In this document: piece by piece, positions 56,241 to 64,000 of the stretch | Numbering within the stretch: position 1 is the stretch's first letter | How the letters are laid out: each line of letters begins with the position of its first letter | Assembly (NCBI GenBank): GCA_018269055.1 | Contig: JAFDVI010000015.1 | Span: forward strand, 618 to 64,617 | DNA: 64,000 nucleotides | Direction of reading: 5' to 3' | Origin: Acidobacteriota bacterium | GTDB taxonomy: Bacteria; Acidobacteriota; Blastocatellia; RBC074 | The notes under the pieces: generated by a model | What the model was told of the DNA's origin: nothing | The model's input: only the letters and a program-made list of their open reading frames with translations | Databases searched by the model: none | Position numbers and translations under genes: made by a program

Positions 56241-57881
56241 ATGACATCTGTGCAATCTTCCGTATCTTCAACTTCATCTCAAACTTCCGCTTCGGGGCTG
56301 GCCGATGGACAGGAACTGATGGTTTCGCCGGCTGCAGCTTCGTTGGTGGAAGACGTGATGTCCGATGAACAAGGCAACACCGAAGCTGCCACGCCATCCA
56401 AAAATGCCAAATCTGTTTCCCTGATTGACGGTTTTCTGAACCTGCTCAGTTCGGTTCAGTTTGGAATTGTTTTGTTGGTCTTGCTGATCATCGCCTGCAT
56501 GATCGGCATGTTGATCCAGCAACTGGAACTGGAAACGTTTCCGGCCTATTACGCCGAGCTGACGCCGGCGGAAAAATCCGTATACGGAAATCTGCAGTTT
56601 TTTGATATTTATCACGCTTGGTATTTCAACCTGCTGCTGCTGCTGCTGAGTTTGAACATCATTCTGGCTTCGATAGACCACTTTCCCGCGGCCTGGAGCT
56701 TTGTCACGAAAAAGAAACTCAAAGCTTCGCCGACATTTGCGATGGGGCAGAAATACCGCGAGAAATTGGAAATGCCGGGGTGGGATCGCAACCGGTTGAC
56801 GGAACGCACCGTTGCGGCGGCTCGCTCAATGGGATTCAAGGCTCGCGTGACGGAAGAGGATTCGCGCACGACGGTCTTTGCCGAACGCGGCGTTTGGAAT
56901 CGGTTGGGCGCGTATATGGTTCACATCGGGTTGCTGACCATTTTTTTCGGCGGTTTTATGACCAGCCGCGGGCATACGGGAATGATGCCTGTGACGCCGG
57001 ATGAAACCGGCGACACGATGTTCAAACAGTCTTTCAATCTGGATGGGGATAAAGGGCAGGAAATCGGCGTTCGCCGGTTCCAGCTTCCGTTCACGGTCAA
57101 AGGCGTGGATATTCAACAGAAACCGCTCAAAAAGGAAGGCGGCGTGGATGCCAGCAATACCCTGGATTGGTTGACACGGATTCAAATTGACGATCCTGCA
57201 AGGGGAACGAAAACCGACGCTATCGTTCACATGAATCATCCGTTTGATTATCGCGGTTACAGATTCTTCCAGGCTTCGTTAAGCCCGGAAAACTCCGCGC
57301 GCGAAATCAAACTGCGCGTCACGCCGATGACGGGCGGTCAGGCGCAGGAAGTGACGATCAAGCGAAACGGCGAAGCGAAACTCGCTGACGGCACGCGCGT
57401 GAAATACGTCCAGTTCAACCCGGGCGCGCAATTCAGCCAGGACGGGACAATCGGCATTGGCTCCAATGATTACGTCAATCCGGCGGCGCAGTTGTCATAC
57501 ATCACGCCGGACGGCAAACAAGGCGACGTTTGGGCGTTCAACGAAGCGATGGTCGGCCAGATCAGCAACGCTCCGTTTTTGAAACAGAAGTTCGTTGACC
57601 CACATCCGTACTTTTTTGTACTGACCGATTATGAAAAGGTTTCTGCGGCGCATTACCTGTCGGTGCAATACGATCCGGGCGCAAAGATCGTTTACGTCGG
57701 GTTCGCCATTCTGTGCTTCACTTTGGTTGCAGTATTCTTTTTTTCGCATCAACGACTGTGGTTGGTCGTCGAAGATGGCAACGTTTATTCCGGCGGCAAT
57801 TCCAATCGCAACCGGCTCGGTTTTGAAGATCGCGCGAAGAAAGTTCTGGCGCTGATCAAAGAGCCGAAAGCCGCCATGTAA
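56241..57881 (+). CDS. ccsB: Cytochrome c biogenesis protein ResB/CcsB (System II)
   Basis: The ResB N-terminal TM has VQFGIVLLVLLIIACMIGMLIQ. There is a large periplasmic domain and a C-terminal TM. A Ser-rich ~60-aa N-terminal extension is present, and an alternative start at MSDEQG is possible. Confidence 0.8.
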   Translation: MTSVQSSVSSTSSQTSASGLADGQELMVSPAAASLVEDVMSDEQGNTEAATPSKNAKSVSLIDGFLNLLSSVQFGIVLLVLLIIACMIGMLIQQLELETFPAYYAELTPAEKSVYGNLQFFDIYHAWYFNLLLLLLSLNIILASIDHFPAAWSFVTKKKLKASPTFAMGQKYREKLEMPGWDRNRLTERTVAAARSMGFKARVTEEDSRTTVFAERGVWNRLGAYMVHIGLLTIFFGGFMTSRGHTGMMPVTPDETGDTMFKQSFNLDGDKGQEIGVRRFQLPFTVKGVDIQQKPLKKEGGVDASNTLDWLTRIQIDDPARGTKTDAIVHMNHPFDYRGYRFFQASLSPENSAREIKLRVTPMTGGQAQEVTIKRNGEAKLADGTRVKYVQFNPGAQFSQDGTIGIGSNDYVNPAAQLSYITPDGKQGDVWAFNEAMVGQISNAPFLKQKFVDPHPYFFVLTDYEKVSAAHYLSVQYDPGAKIVYVGFAILCFTLVAVFFFSHQRLWLVVEDGNVYSGGNSNRNRLGFEDRAKKVLALIKEPKAAM

Positions 57882-57922
57882 CAGTGTTGTTTTTTCGTTT
57901 TCTTTCCTCCTGGAGGTAAGTA

Positions 57923-59542
57923 ATGGCTCAAGCAATTAAATCGCTCAATGCTTCGATTGCCGCTTCGCAGGCAAGCGGTGAGCGGAGAAGTTCTCTTGTT
58001 AATTATCTACCGGCGCTGATCCCGCTGACTGCGGCTTTCGCGCTGCTGGCAGTGCGCGTTTCAATGGGGCCTGCGGGCTTTCCCAATGACGGCGCGCTGG
58101 CCGTGCTGGCCGTGCTCAGTTATTTGATCGCAGCGGCTTCGTTGTTGACCAATTTGTGGGCGCCAATCGGGTTTTTGCAGCGGCTGGGAATGTGGACGCT
58201 TTCGTTCGGCTTCTTCTTCAACTTTTCCAGTTGGTTGCTGCGCTGGGTCGCTTCGGGCGAGCGCGAAAACTGGGTTCGGATGACGAACCAGATCACCGGC
58301 GAACATCATTTCTGGTGGTTTTTCAGTTACATCCCGTATGCGAATTTGTATGACCTGTCGCTGGCGTTCGCCTTTGGCGCGGGCTTTGCGACCTTGCTGG
58401 TCAGCCAACGGGAAAACTCGCGCTTCATTGGAGCGATTTCTACGCCGCTGATTTCGTTGATTTTGTTGCTGGCAATTTTCATCGGCAGCGATTTCATCAC
58501 TTTGCCGCCGGTGCTGGATAGTTACTGGCGTCCGATTCACGTCGGCGTGGCCAGTTTGAGTTACGGCGTGGCGCTGGTCAGCTTTGCAATGGCGGTCGTT
58601 TACCTGCTCAAAGACGGCGTGAAAATGGAAACGATGGCGCTGACCGTGGCGATCTTTGTCGTTGTGGCCTATGTCTTTGTCTGGTTAATGAGCGGGTTAA
58701 AAGGACTTGATCCGTTTACGTTCAGTTTCCGGCTGAATCCCGTGGTGCCGCATCCGGGAGGGGTGACGAATTCCGGCGCGCGCGTGGCATTGCCCGGAGT
58801 CGGATTATGGGCGACGCTGTCGCTGTTGTTCCTGATCGGAATGGGCATTAGCTTTGCGCTGTATTTGCGCAAACATGATGAATCGCTGAAGCGGTTGGGA
58901 CATTGGTTGTTGCGCGGCTCCATCATTACCCAAATTGCCGCCATCGGCCTGACCTTTTACCAGATCAAAGCCATGGGGGTGGTCGGATCGCTGGTTGGCA
59001 ACGATCAGGCCTATCGGATTGGCCAGAGCTTGTTGGGCAAAGACGCCGCAGGAAAATCCGTAGATGAAATTGTTTCGATTGGCGCAAACTTCCTGGCACA
59101 GAATCGAGACTCAATGATTTTGAGCCTGAAAGGCAATCCGGTGGAAATCGCTGCGATGGTTTCGCTGGTAGTGGTGTTGTGTTTCATCGCGCTGTTCAGC
59201 TTCCGGACTGAACAAATCCGCGAACGACTGCCCTCCCTGGAACGCATTGACAGCCTGATTTACAAACTGGTCGGCGTTGCCTTTGCCGGATTGGCAATTT
59301 TGCTGGTGACCGGAGCCGTTTGGGCGAACGAATCCTGGGGGCGGTATTGGGGATGGGATGCCAAGGAAACGGGCGCGCTGGTCGCATGGTTTGCTTATGG
59401 CGGTTATCTGCATTCGCGCATCACGCACGGTTGGGCCGGTCGTCGAAGCGTTTACTTTGCCCTGGTTGGCTTCCTGCTGGTGATCTTCACGTACTTGGGA
59501 GTCAGTTATATTTTGCCCGGCTTACATTCGTACGCCGGATAA
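57923..59542 (+). CDS. ccsA: Cytochrome c-type biogenesis protein CcsA/ResC
   Basis: Tryptophan-rich WWD motif WGRYWGWDAKETGALVAWFAYGGYLH. The protein is polytopic and, at 539 aa, is enlarged relative to a typical CcsA. Confidence 0.85.
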   Translation: MAQAIKSLNASIAASQASGERRSSLVNYLPALIPLTAAFALLAVRVSMGPAGFPNDGALAVLAVLSYLIAAASLLTNLWAPIGFLQRLGMWTLSFGFFFNFSSWLLRWVASGERENWVRMTNQITGEHHFWWFFSYIPYANLYDLSLAFAFGAGFATLLVSQRENSRFIGAISTPLISLILLLAIFIGSDFITLPPVLDSYWRPIHVGVASLSYGVALVSFAMAVVYLLKDGVKMETMALTVAIFVVVAYVFVWLMSGLKGLDPFTFSFRLNPVVPHPGGVTNSGARVALPGVGLWATLSLLFLIGMGISFALYLRKHDESLKRLGHWLLRGSIITQIAAIGLTFYQIKAMGVVGSLVGNDQAYRIGQSLLGKDAAGKSVDEIVSIGANFLAQNRDSMILSLKGNPVEIAAMVSLVVVLCFIALFSFRTEQIRERLPSLERIDSLIYKLVGVAFAGLAILLVTGAVWANESWGRYWGWDAKETGALVAWFAYGGYLHSRITHGWAGRRSVYFALVGFLLVIFTYLGVSYILPGLHSYAG

Positions 59543-59563
59543 ATAAGTCGGTACTTGAGTTTC

Positions 59564-59617
59564 AAACCGGCAAACACCATGAACGTACAAAGTGTTTGCC
59601 GGTTTTGTTTTTGGTTT
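59564..59617. terminator. Bidirectional Rho-independent terminator between ccsA and a convergent gene
   Basis: A perfect 14-bp stem, aaaccggcaaacac / gtgtttgccggttt, flanked by T-runs on the + strand (tgtttttggttt) and A/T on the other. Confidence 0.7.
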
Positions 59618-59632
59618 CCGAATCGGTGGTTT

Positions 59633-60019
59633 CTATTTGTCCGGAAAGAGAAAAACCCGTTTTGCCAAATCCGATTGAAGGGTTTCTTCCCGATAATACT
59701 TCTTCAGGATGTTGGGATCCCAAGTAAGCAAATCGCCGTTTGCTTCGGCGAAAGTTTCCCACGACTTCGCTTCCTTGGGGTTGGCCATCCGCTCCCGAAT
59801 CAATAGCAGATATGCCCACGTAATGGTTTCGTGATAGCGATCCGGTTTGCCAACAGACGCCGCAAATCGTTTTAACCCCTCGCAAAACCTGGAAAGCGCC
59901 GTTAGCGTTGGGTACTTGTCCAGGTAAACCCACGCCAGCCGAACATGCTCTCGATGATGGAACAGTTCGGGCTGGAGCGTCAGATTTTCAAAGCGTTCGA
60001 TCAATTCTTCGTTTGTCAT
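59633..60019 (-). CDS. Hypothetical cytoplasmic protein
   Basis: An internal Met (MTNEELIERF) follows a GGAGAAG RBS. The protein is 128 aa. No family was recognised. Confidence 0.45.
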   Translation of the reverse strand: MTNEELIERFENLTLQPELFHHREHVRLAWVYLDKYPTLTALSRFCEGLKRFAASVGKPDRYHETITWAYLLLIRERMANPKEAKSWETFAEANGDLLTWDPNILKKYYREETLQSDLAKRVFLFPDK

Positions 60020-60134
60020 TTTGCTTCTCCAAAAAGAAAACCGCCCACGCAATGATTCGCGTGAGCGGTGCTGGTTCATTCAGTTGTATGCGGCAGTTGA
60101 TTTACTGTCGCTGGTTCGGAAGCGACAAGGTAGC

Positions 60135-61637
60135 TTACCGTCGGCGCGGATTCAAGCGCGGCCTTTCCGGTTGTGCGCTGCGCTGGAAAACTTCCTTGAC
60201 GGGTTTCCAGGCTCCTTGCGACGCGAAGGGAACATATTCAAAACCTCGCTGGAACGGATCATCGTGCAGCGTTTTGGTGTAATCAATTCTCAACCCGGAA
60301 TAGATGGTGGCCGCAATGTCTTCGTTGACGACCGGACGGCCTTCCGACCAGCCAGGATCTTGCACGGCGAACCCGTCGCTGGTGGTGGAACCGATGACGC
60401 GACCGCCGCTGACCCCGCCGCCTGCTAAGCTTACGAACTGCTGGAAATAATGATCGCGTCCGGCGCCGCTGTTCAATCCCGGCGTCGAGCTTCCGTTGGC
60501 GGTTCTGACGGTGCGGCCAAATTCACCCATCCAGACAACCAGCGTTTCATCCAGCAGCGTGCCGCCGTTGACGCCGGGCGTTGCGGCGAGGTCTTTCAGC
60601 AACTCGCCAACGCCCTTGTCGAATTGTCGAGCCGGATTGTAAATCCCGCCAGCAGTGTAAATGTTTGTGTGGTTATCCCATCCGCCAATGCTGATCATGA
60701 CGGCTCGCGTACCAAGATTGGATTTGACCAGATTGCGCGCCGTCAAACAGGCATTGCCAAAACCGGTCTGTGCGTTATTTACGCCATACCGCTGCGTTTC
60801 AGCAGCGGTCAGTCTGAACACTGCATCCACTTCCGGGTTGTACATCATGCCCTTGCTTTGTTGGTAGAAACTGTCCATATCCACGACAGAATCTCCAAAT
60901 GGCGAATTGGTGCGATTTTCGCCATCCAATTCCTGCAACATTTGGTAACGACGATCAAATGTGGTCTGCCCGGCAAAGTTCGTCAGGTTACCTAAGCCCC
61001 CAGTCGAACCGTTGGCTGCGAATGGCGTATAGCGTGCGTTGAAATAGCCCGAGCTGACGACGTTCCCGCCATTGAGCGAAACGAACCCGGGAAGTTTTTG
61101 CGCCGCAGTGCGTTGCGATTCAAATTCGCGCGCGACGACGGCGCAGATATTCGGCGCGATTTTGCCCATTAGCGACGTTGGGTTACGAGCAATCTGCGTC
61201 CAGATTTGTTGCAGCCCATGCACCAATGCCGGAGCGCGAACGCTGCGTATGGTGGTGATGTATTGAATCTGCGATGCGATGGTCGGCATCAACCCTTTCG
61301 GAAACAACACACCATTGCCAATTACTTCAGGTGCGAAATCCGCCGGCGTCCATGAACCGACCTTCAGATCGAACGTGTCCACGTGGCTGGGCGCGCCCTG
61401 CATGTGGATGTAAATCAAGTTGCGAGCCTGCCCATACAGTTCCGGTGCGACGGCAGCGTCGTCAGCTTTCGCCTCTTTGGCGAACATCGGAACGACGAAG
61501 GAACCGGCAACGCCTGTACCCGCAATTTTGAAAAATTCACGGCGTCCCAGGACCGGACCTCCGAAGAGTCCGGAATTGACTGGCCGCAACGGTTCGCAAA
61601 CTTCGCAAGAATGATCAGGATGAAGATGATCTTTCAT
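60135..61637 (-). CDS. DUF1501-family protein with a twin-arginine signal (sulfatase-like fold)
   Basis: An internal Met (MKDHLHP) follows a GAGGAGA RBS. Tat motif RREFFKIAGTGVAGSFV. The conserved DUF1501 C-terminus is GGW.NH...GAGRDH. Confidence 0.75.
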   Translation of the reverse strand: MKDHLHPDHSCEVCEPLRPVNSGLFGGPVLGRREFFKIAGTGVAGSFVVPMFAKEAKADDAAVAPELYGQARNLIYIHMQGAPSHVDTFDLKVGSWTPADFAPEVIGNGVLFPKGLMPTIASQIQYITTIRSVRAPALVHGLQQIWTQIARNPTSLMGKIAPNICAVVAREFESQRTAAQKLPGFVSLNGGNVVSSGYFNARYTPFAANGSTGGLGNLTNFAGQTTFDRRYQMLQELDGENRTNSPFGDSVVDMDSFYQQSKGMMYNPEVDAVFRLTAAETQRYGVNNAQTGFGNACLTARNLVKSNLGTRAVMISIGGWDNHTNIYTAGGIYNPARQFDKGVGELLKDLAATPGVNGGTLLDETLVVWMGEFGRTVRTANGSSTPGLNSGAGRDHYFQQFVSLAGGGVSGGRVIGSTTSDGFAVQDPGWSEGRPVVNEDIAATIYSGLRIDYTKTLHDDPFQRGFEYVPFASQGAWKPVKEVFQRSAQPERPRLNPRRR

Positions 61638-61672
61638 TTTGTCTCCTCTCTTTTTCAGCCGTTTTGGCCAGC

Positions 61673-63811
61673 TTAGTAATTGAACAGGAAATCCACTTTG
61701 TTCACCAACACCCATTGCAGACTTTCAATCGCCCCCTGTTTTCCCATCGAGGTGAAATAGGGAAGAACCTTTTGGATTTCGCTTTGGCGCGGATTTCGGG
61801 ACAGGGTGTTCAAGTAAAGTTCCATAATGATCTGTTCGTTGGTCAACCCTTGCGTTTCCATCAACCGCTTCACGGTCGAAACAATCTTTTCGGCGTTGTA
61901 ACCAGGAATCGGAGCGATATATCCATCCGAATTGTTGCCAGCATCATTGCTGGAATTGTTGGCGACATAGCGAATCCGGCGGCTGATGAAATCGTTGTTC
62001 ATCATATTCAACGCTTGCAGGATGGACGAATCGCCCAGACGCAGGTTTAGATCGCGATTGCCGCGCAGAAACGTGTTCAGGATGTTGGCCGACGAACCAT
62101 TTTGTTGGCCAAAACGCGGTTCGCGCGGTTCGGGCAGTTGCATCGCCCACTGAATTTCCCGCTTTTTCGCTCCCACTTCGTCAATGATCGGGAAGCCAAG
62201 CATTCGCGGGGAAACGACGGTTCCGTTGATGGTGACGGCGTTCGTCACTGGAGGCAGGTTGGTCGCCTTGATGACGGCATCGTGCAACTCTTCGGCGTCC
62301 AGACGGCGGGCAAATTTTCGCGCGTACAGCGGAACGTATTCCAGTTTCCAGGTGCCGGGATATTTCGACGAAAGCTGGTAGGTGGACGATTGAACGATGG
62401 TGCGAATGATGTAGCGCAGGTTGAAGTTGTTGTTGCTGAACTCCTGTGCCAACGCCTCGAGCAATTCGGCGTTGTTCGGTTGCAGCACCCATCCGTCCGG
62501 CATTTGCGCATCCGGATCAAGCCGCGCCAGATCGAAAGTGCCGGATGGGGAAACCAGGGCTTCGACCATCAATTTTTCCCACAGGTAATTGACGGCCGCG
62601 CGAGCAAACTGCGGATCTTGTGTAATGTATTTGGCCAGCACGGTTCGCCGGTCTTCGCCGTTGGCGACGACACCGCGATTGCCGAACATATATTTTGGCG
62701 CGACGCTGCGGACATTGCCCATCGGCAACCGCGAACTGCGATTGCCGGTGGTGGTATTCAAGTCATATTCGCCGGACGTTGCCTCGGTGATGGTGTATTT
62801 CTGAAGGTTCGTCCCGGCAGCAACGGTTTGACGACGTGTGCGCGCAAAAAAGGCGGCCATTCCCCAGGCATCCGCGCGCGTGGCTTTGGATCCCCATAGA
62901 TTGACGGCGTCCAGGTGCCCCGCTCCGTCATGGCAAAGCAGGCAATCCATTGAACTCAACCCCAAAAACACCTGAGCGGTATTCACAGCGTAACCGTCAT
63001 AGGTGTCCTGCGCAGGTCCCATCGGAACAAATCCGCCGACGATGAAATTAGTCTGGCCGTCTAAGTAGCTGTCGCCCCGCGCGGTGATCATTTCCGTGGC
63101 CATTTGGGCGTAGCTCTTATTCTGTTCGATGGCATCGTGTATGAATTTGTAAAAGGCTTCGCTGCCGCCGATGAACCGGTTGATGTTGTTTGCCGTTGAA
63201 TTGCTCTTGTACAAATCGGCAAAGAACATCGTCCATTTGTCCACGAACTCCGGGGAGTTGCTCAGCGCGTCAATCAGAATGTCGCGCTTGTTCGGATTTT
63301 GGTCTTTCAGGAAGTTGGTCACATCCGTCGGCGAAGGAATGCGGCCTGTCAGGTCTAGCGTGACGCGGCGAATGAATTCTTCGTCCGTGCAAAGTGGGGC
63401 GGATTCGACTCCGGCGTTTTGCATCTTGGAGAAGATCAAATCGTCCACGAAATTTTTGTGCGGCATGTTTTGCGGCGGAACCAGAGCGATTCCTTCCTGG
63501 TCAAACCGTGCTGCCACGATTTCGGTGAGTTGTGAAACCTGGTTGCGATGCCGAGCCGCCACGTCCTGGTAATCCATCGGCGATTTCACATAGCTGCAAT
63601 CATCGGCATTGACGGTGGGCTGGGTGGTTTGCCTGAAAATTCGGCGGGGCGATTTTTGGCCGAAGGTGTCCAAAACTCCAAATCGGTCTAGCGCCAAAAT
63701 CAATCCAACTAAAACAAAAGCCAGCACCGCCAACTTTTTGGTCAGCGCAACTGGCCAGTTTCGTTTCGAGCCTCTGCTCGAACCATCCCCATGACCTTTC
63801 AATACCATATG
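61673..63811 (-). CDS. DUF1549/DUF1553-domain protein (PSD1-type), the partner of DUF1501
   Basis: An internal Met (MVLKGH) follows GGGAGG. An N-terminal membrane anchor is present. A CLLCHDG (CxxCH-like) motif is present. The layout is typical of the DUF1549...DUF1553 architecture. The gene lies immediately upstream of the DUF1501 gene. Confidence 0.7.
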   Translation of the reverse strand, partial: HMVLKGHGDGSSRGSKRNWPVALTKKLAVLAFVLVGLILALDRFGVLDTFGQKSPRRIFRQTTQPTVNADDCSYVKSPMDYQDVAARHRNQVSQLTEIVAARFDQEGIALVPPQNMPHKNFVDDLIFSKMQNAGVESAPLCTDEEFIRRVTLDLTGRIPSPTDVTNFLKDQNPNKRDILIDALSNSPEFVDKWTMFFADLYKSNSTANNINRFIGGSEAFYKFIHDAIEQNKSYAQMATEMITARGDSYLDGQTNFIVGGFVPMGPAQDTYDGYAVNTAQVFLGLSSMDCLLCHDGAGHLDAVNLWGSKATRADAWGMAAFFARTRRQTVAAGTNLQKYTITEATSGEYDLNTTTGNRSSRLPMGNVRSVAPKYMFGNRGVVANGEDRRTVLAKYITQDPQFARAAVNYLWEKLMVEALVSPSGTFDLARLDPDAQMPDGWVLQPNNAELLEALAQEFSNNNFNLRYIIRTIVQSSTYQLSSKYPGTWKLEYVPLYARKFARRLDAEELHDAVIKATNLPPVTNAVTINGTVVSPRMLGFPIIDEVGAKKREIQWAMQLPEPREPRFGQQNGSSANILNTFLRGNRDLNLRLGDSSILQALNMMNNDFISRRIRYVANNSSNDAGNNSDGYIAPIPGYNAEKIVSTVKRLMETQGLTNEQIIMELYLNTLSRNPRQSEIQKVLPYFTSMGKQGAIESLQWVLVNKVDFLFNY

Positions 63812-64000
63812 GACCTCCCGGTATGATTTCTTAGTTTGTTCGTGTAACGGCCGGGTATCGGTACCCGGATAACCCACTTATCGTTTGACCTCCTCAACCC
63901 GAATTTGGATTGCGGAGCGTTCTTTTGCCAGATCAGGCTTTTCCAGTCAGATTCTGTGAAAACGCTTGGGGCGTGATAGGACGTAACTCTTCAATTATTT

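Noticed and set aside
57631-58540. Small ORFs within or antisense to the ccsB/ccsA genes
   Set aside because: They are nested in confidently assigned genes with no signals.
1-64000. Possibility of a phage, ICE or defence island in the window
   Set aside because: No integrase, transposase, tRNA attachment site, restriction/helicase/nuclease defence domains or CRISPR repeats were seen. The only composition shift is a short AT-rich promoter region.

Overview
This looks like a chromosomal segment from a GC-rich Gram-negative soil bacterium, most consistent with Acidobacteria. The evidence is two giant TonB-dependent receptors with N-terminal carboxypeptidase-regulatory-like domains, a DUF1501/DUF1549-DUF1553 gene pair, sigma-54 machinery and SD-poor starts. 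No rRNA, tRNA, CRISPR or transposase/integrase genes were recognised. The window is mostly housekeeping and envelope genes. These include trpF, deoC, a ROK kinase, Tex, hbd, ResB/CcsA cytochrome c biogenesis, peptidases, TBDRs, and a DHA2-type EmrAB/TolC efflux operon.

The modules that stand out are:
- A sigma-54 / FhlA-like (GAF-GAF-AAA+) activator next to the EmrAB-TolC operon. It has a textbook TGGCAC-N5-TTGC promoter, an upstream array of TGTCGAA inverted repeats, and a STAS-like ORF that runs in-frame into the tolC-like gene with no stop codon.
- An ECF sigma / anti-sigma / zinc-ribbon membrane protein / LiaF-like DUF4097 / small 2-TM protein operon.
- A 1250-aa secreted adhesin-like protein with two SdrD-B-like domains and four tandem HYR repeats. 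Three of the repeats are near-identical in protein but diverged at wobble positions. A GT-C (PMT/ArnT-like) membrane glycosyltransferase lies immediately downstream.
- A signal-peptide-bearing truncated haemoglobin.
- An orphan LytTR regulator plus a two-FtsX-domain permease next to an uncharacterised secreted protein.

Coordinates of manually located motifs may be off by 1-2 nt. CDS ends are taken from the supplied ORF track, with starts re-chosen where an internal Met with a better RBS or signal peptide was evident.
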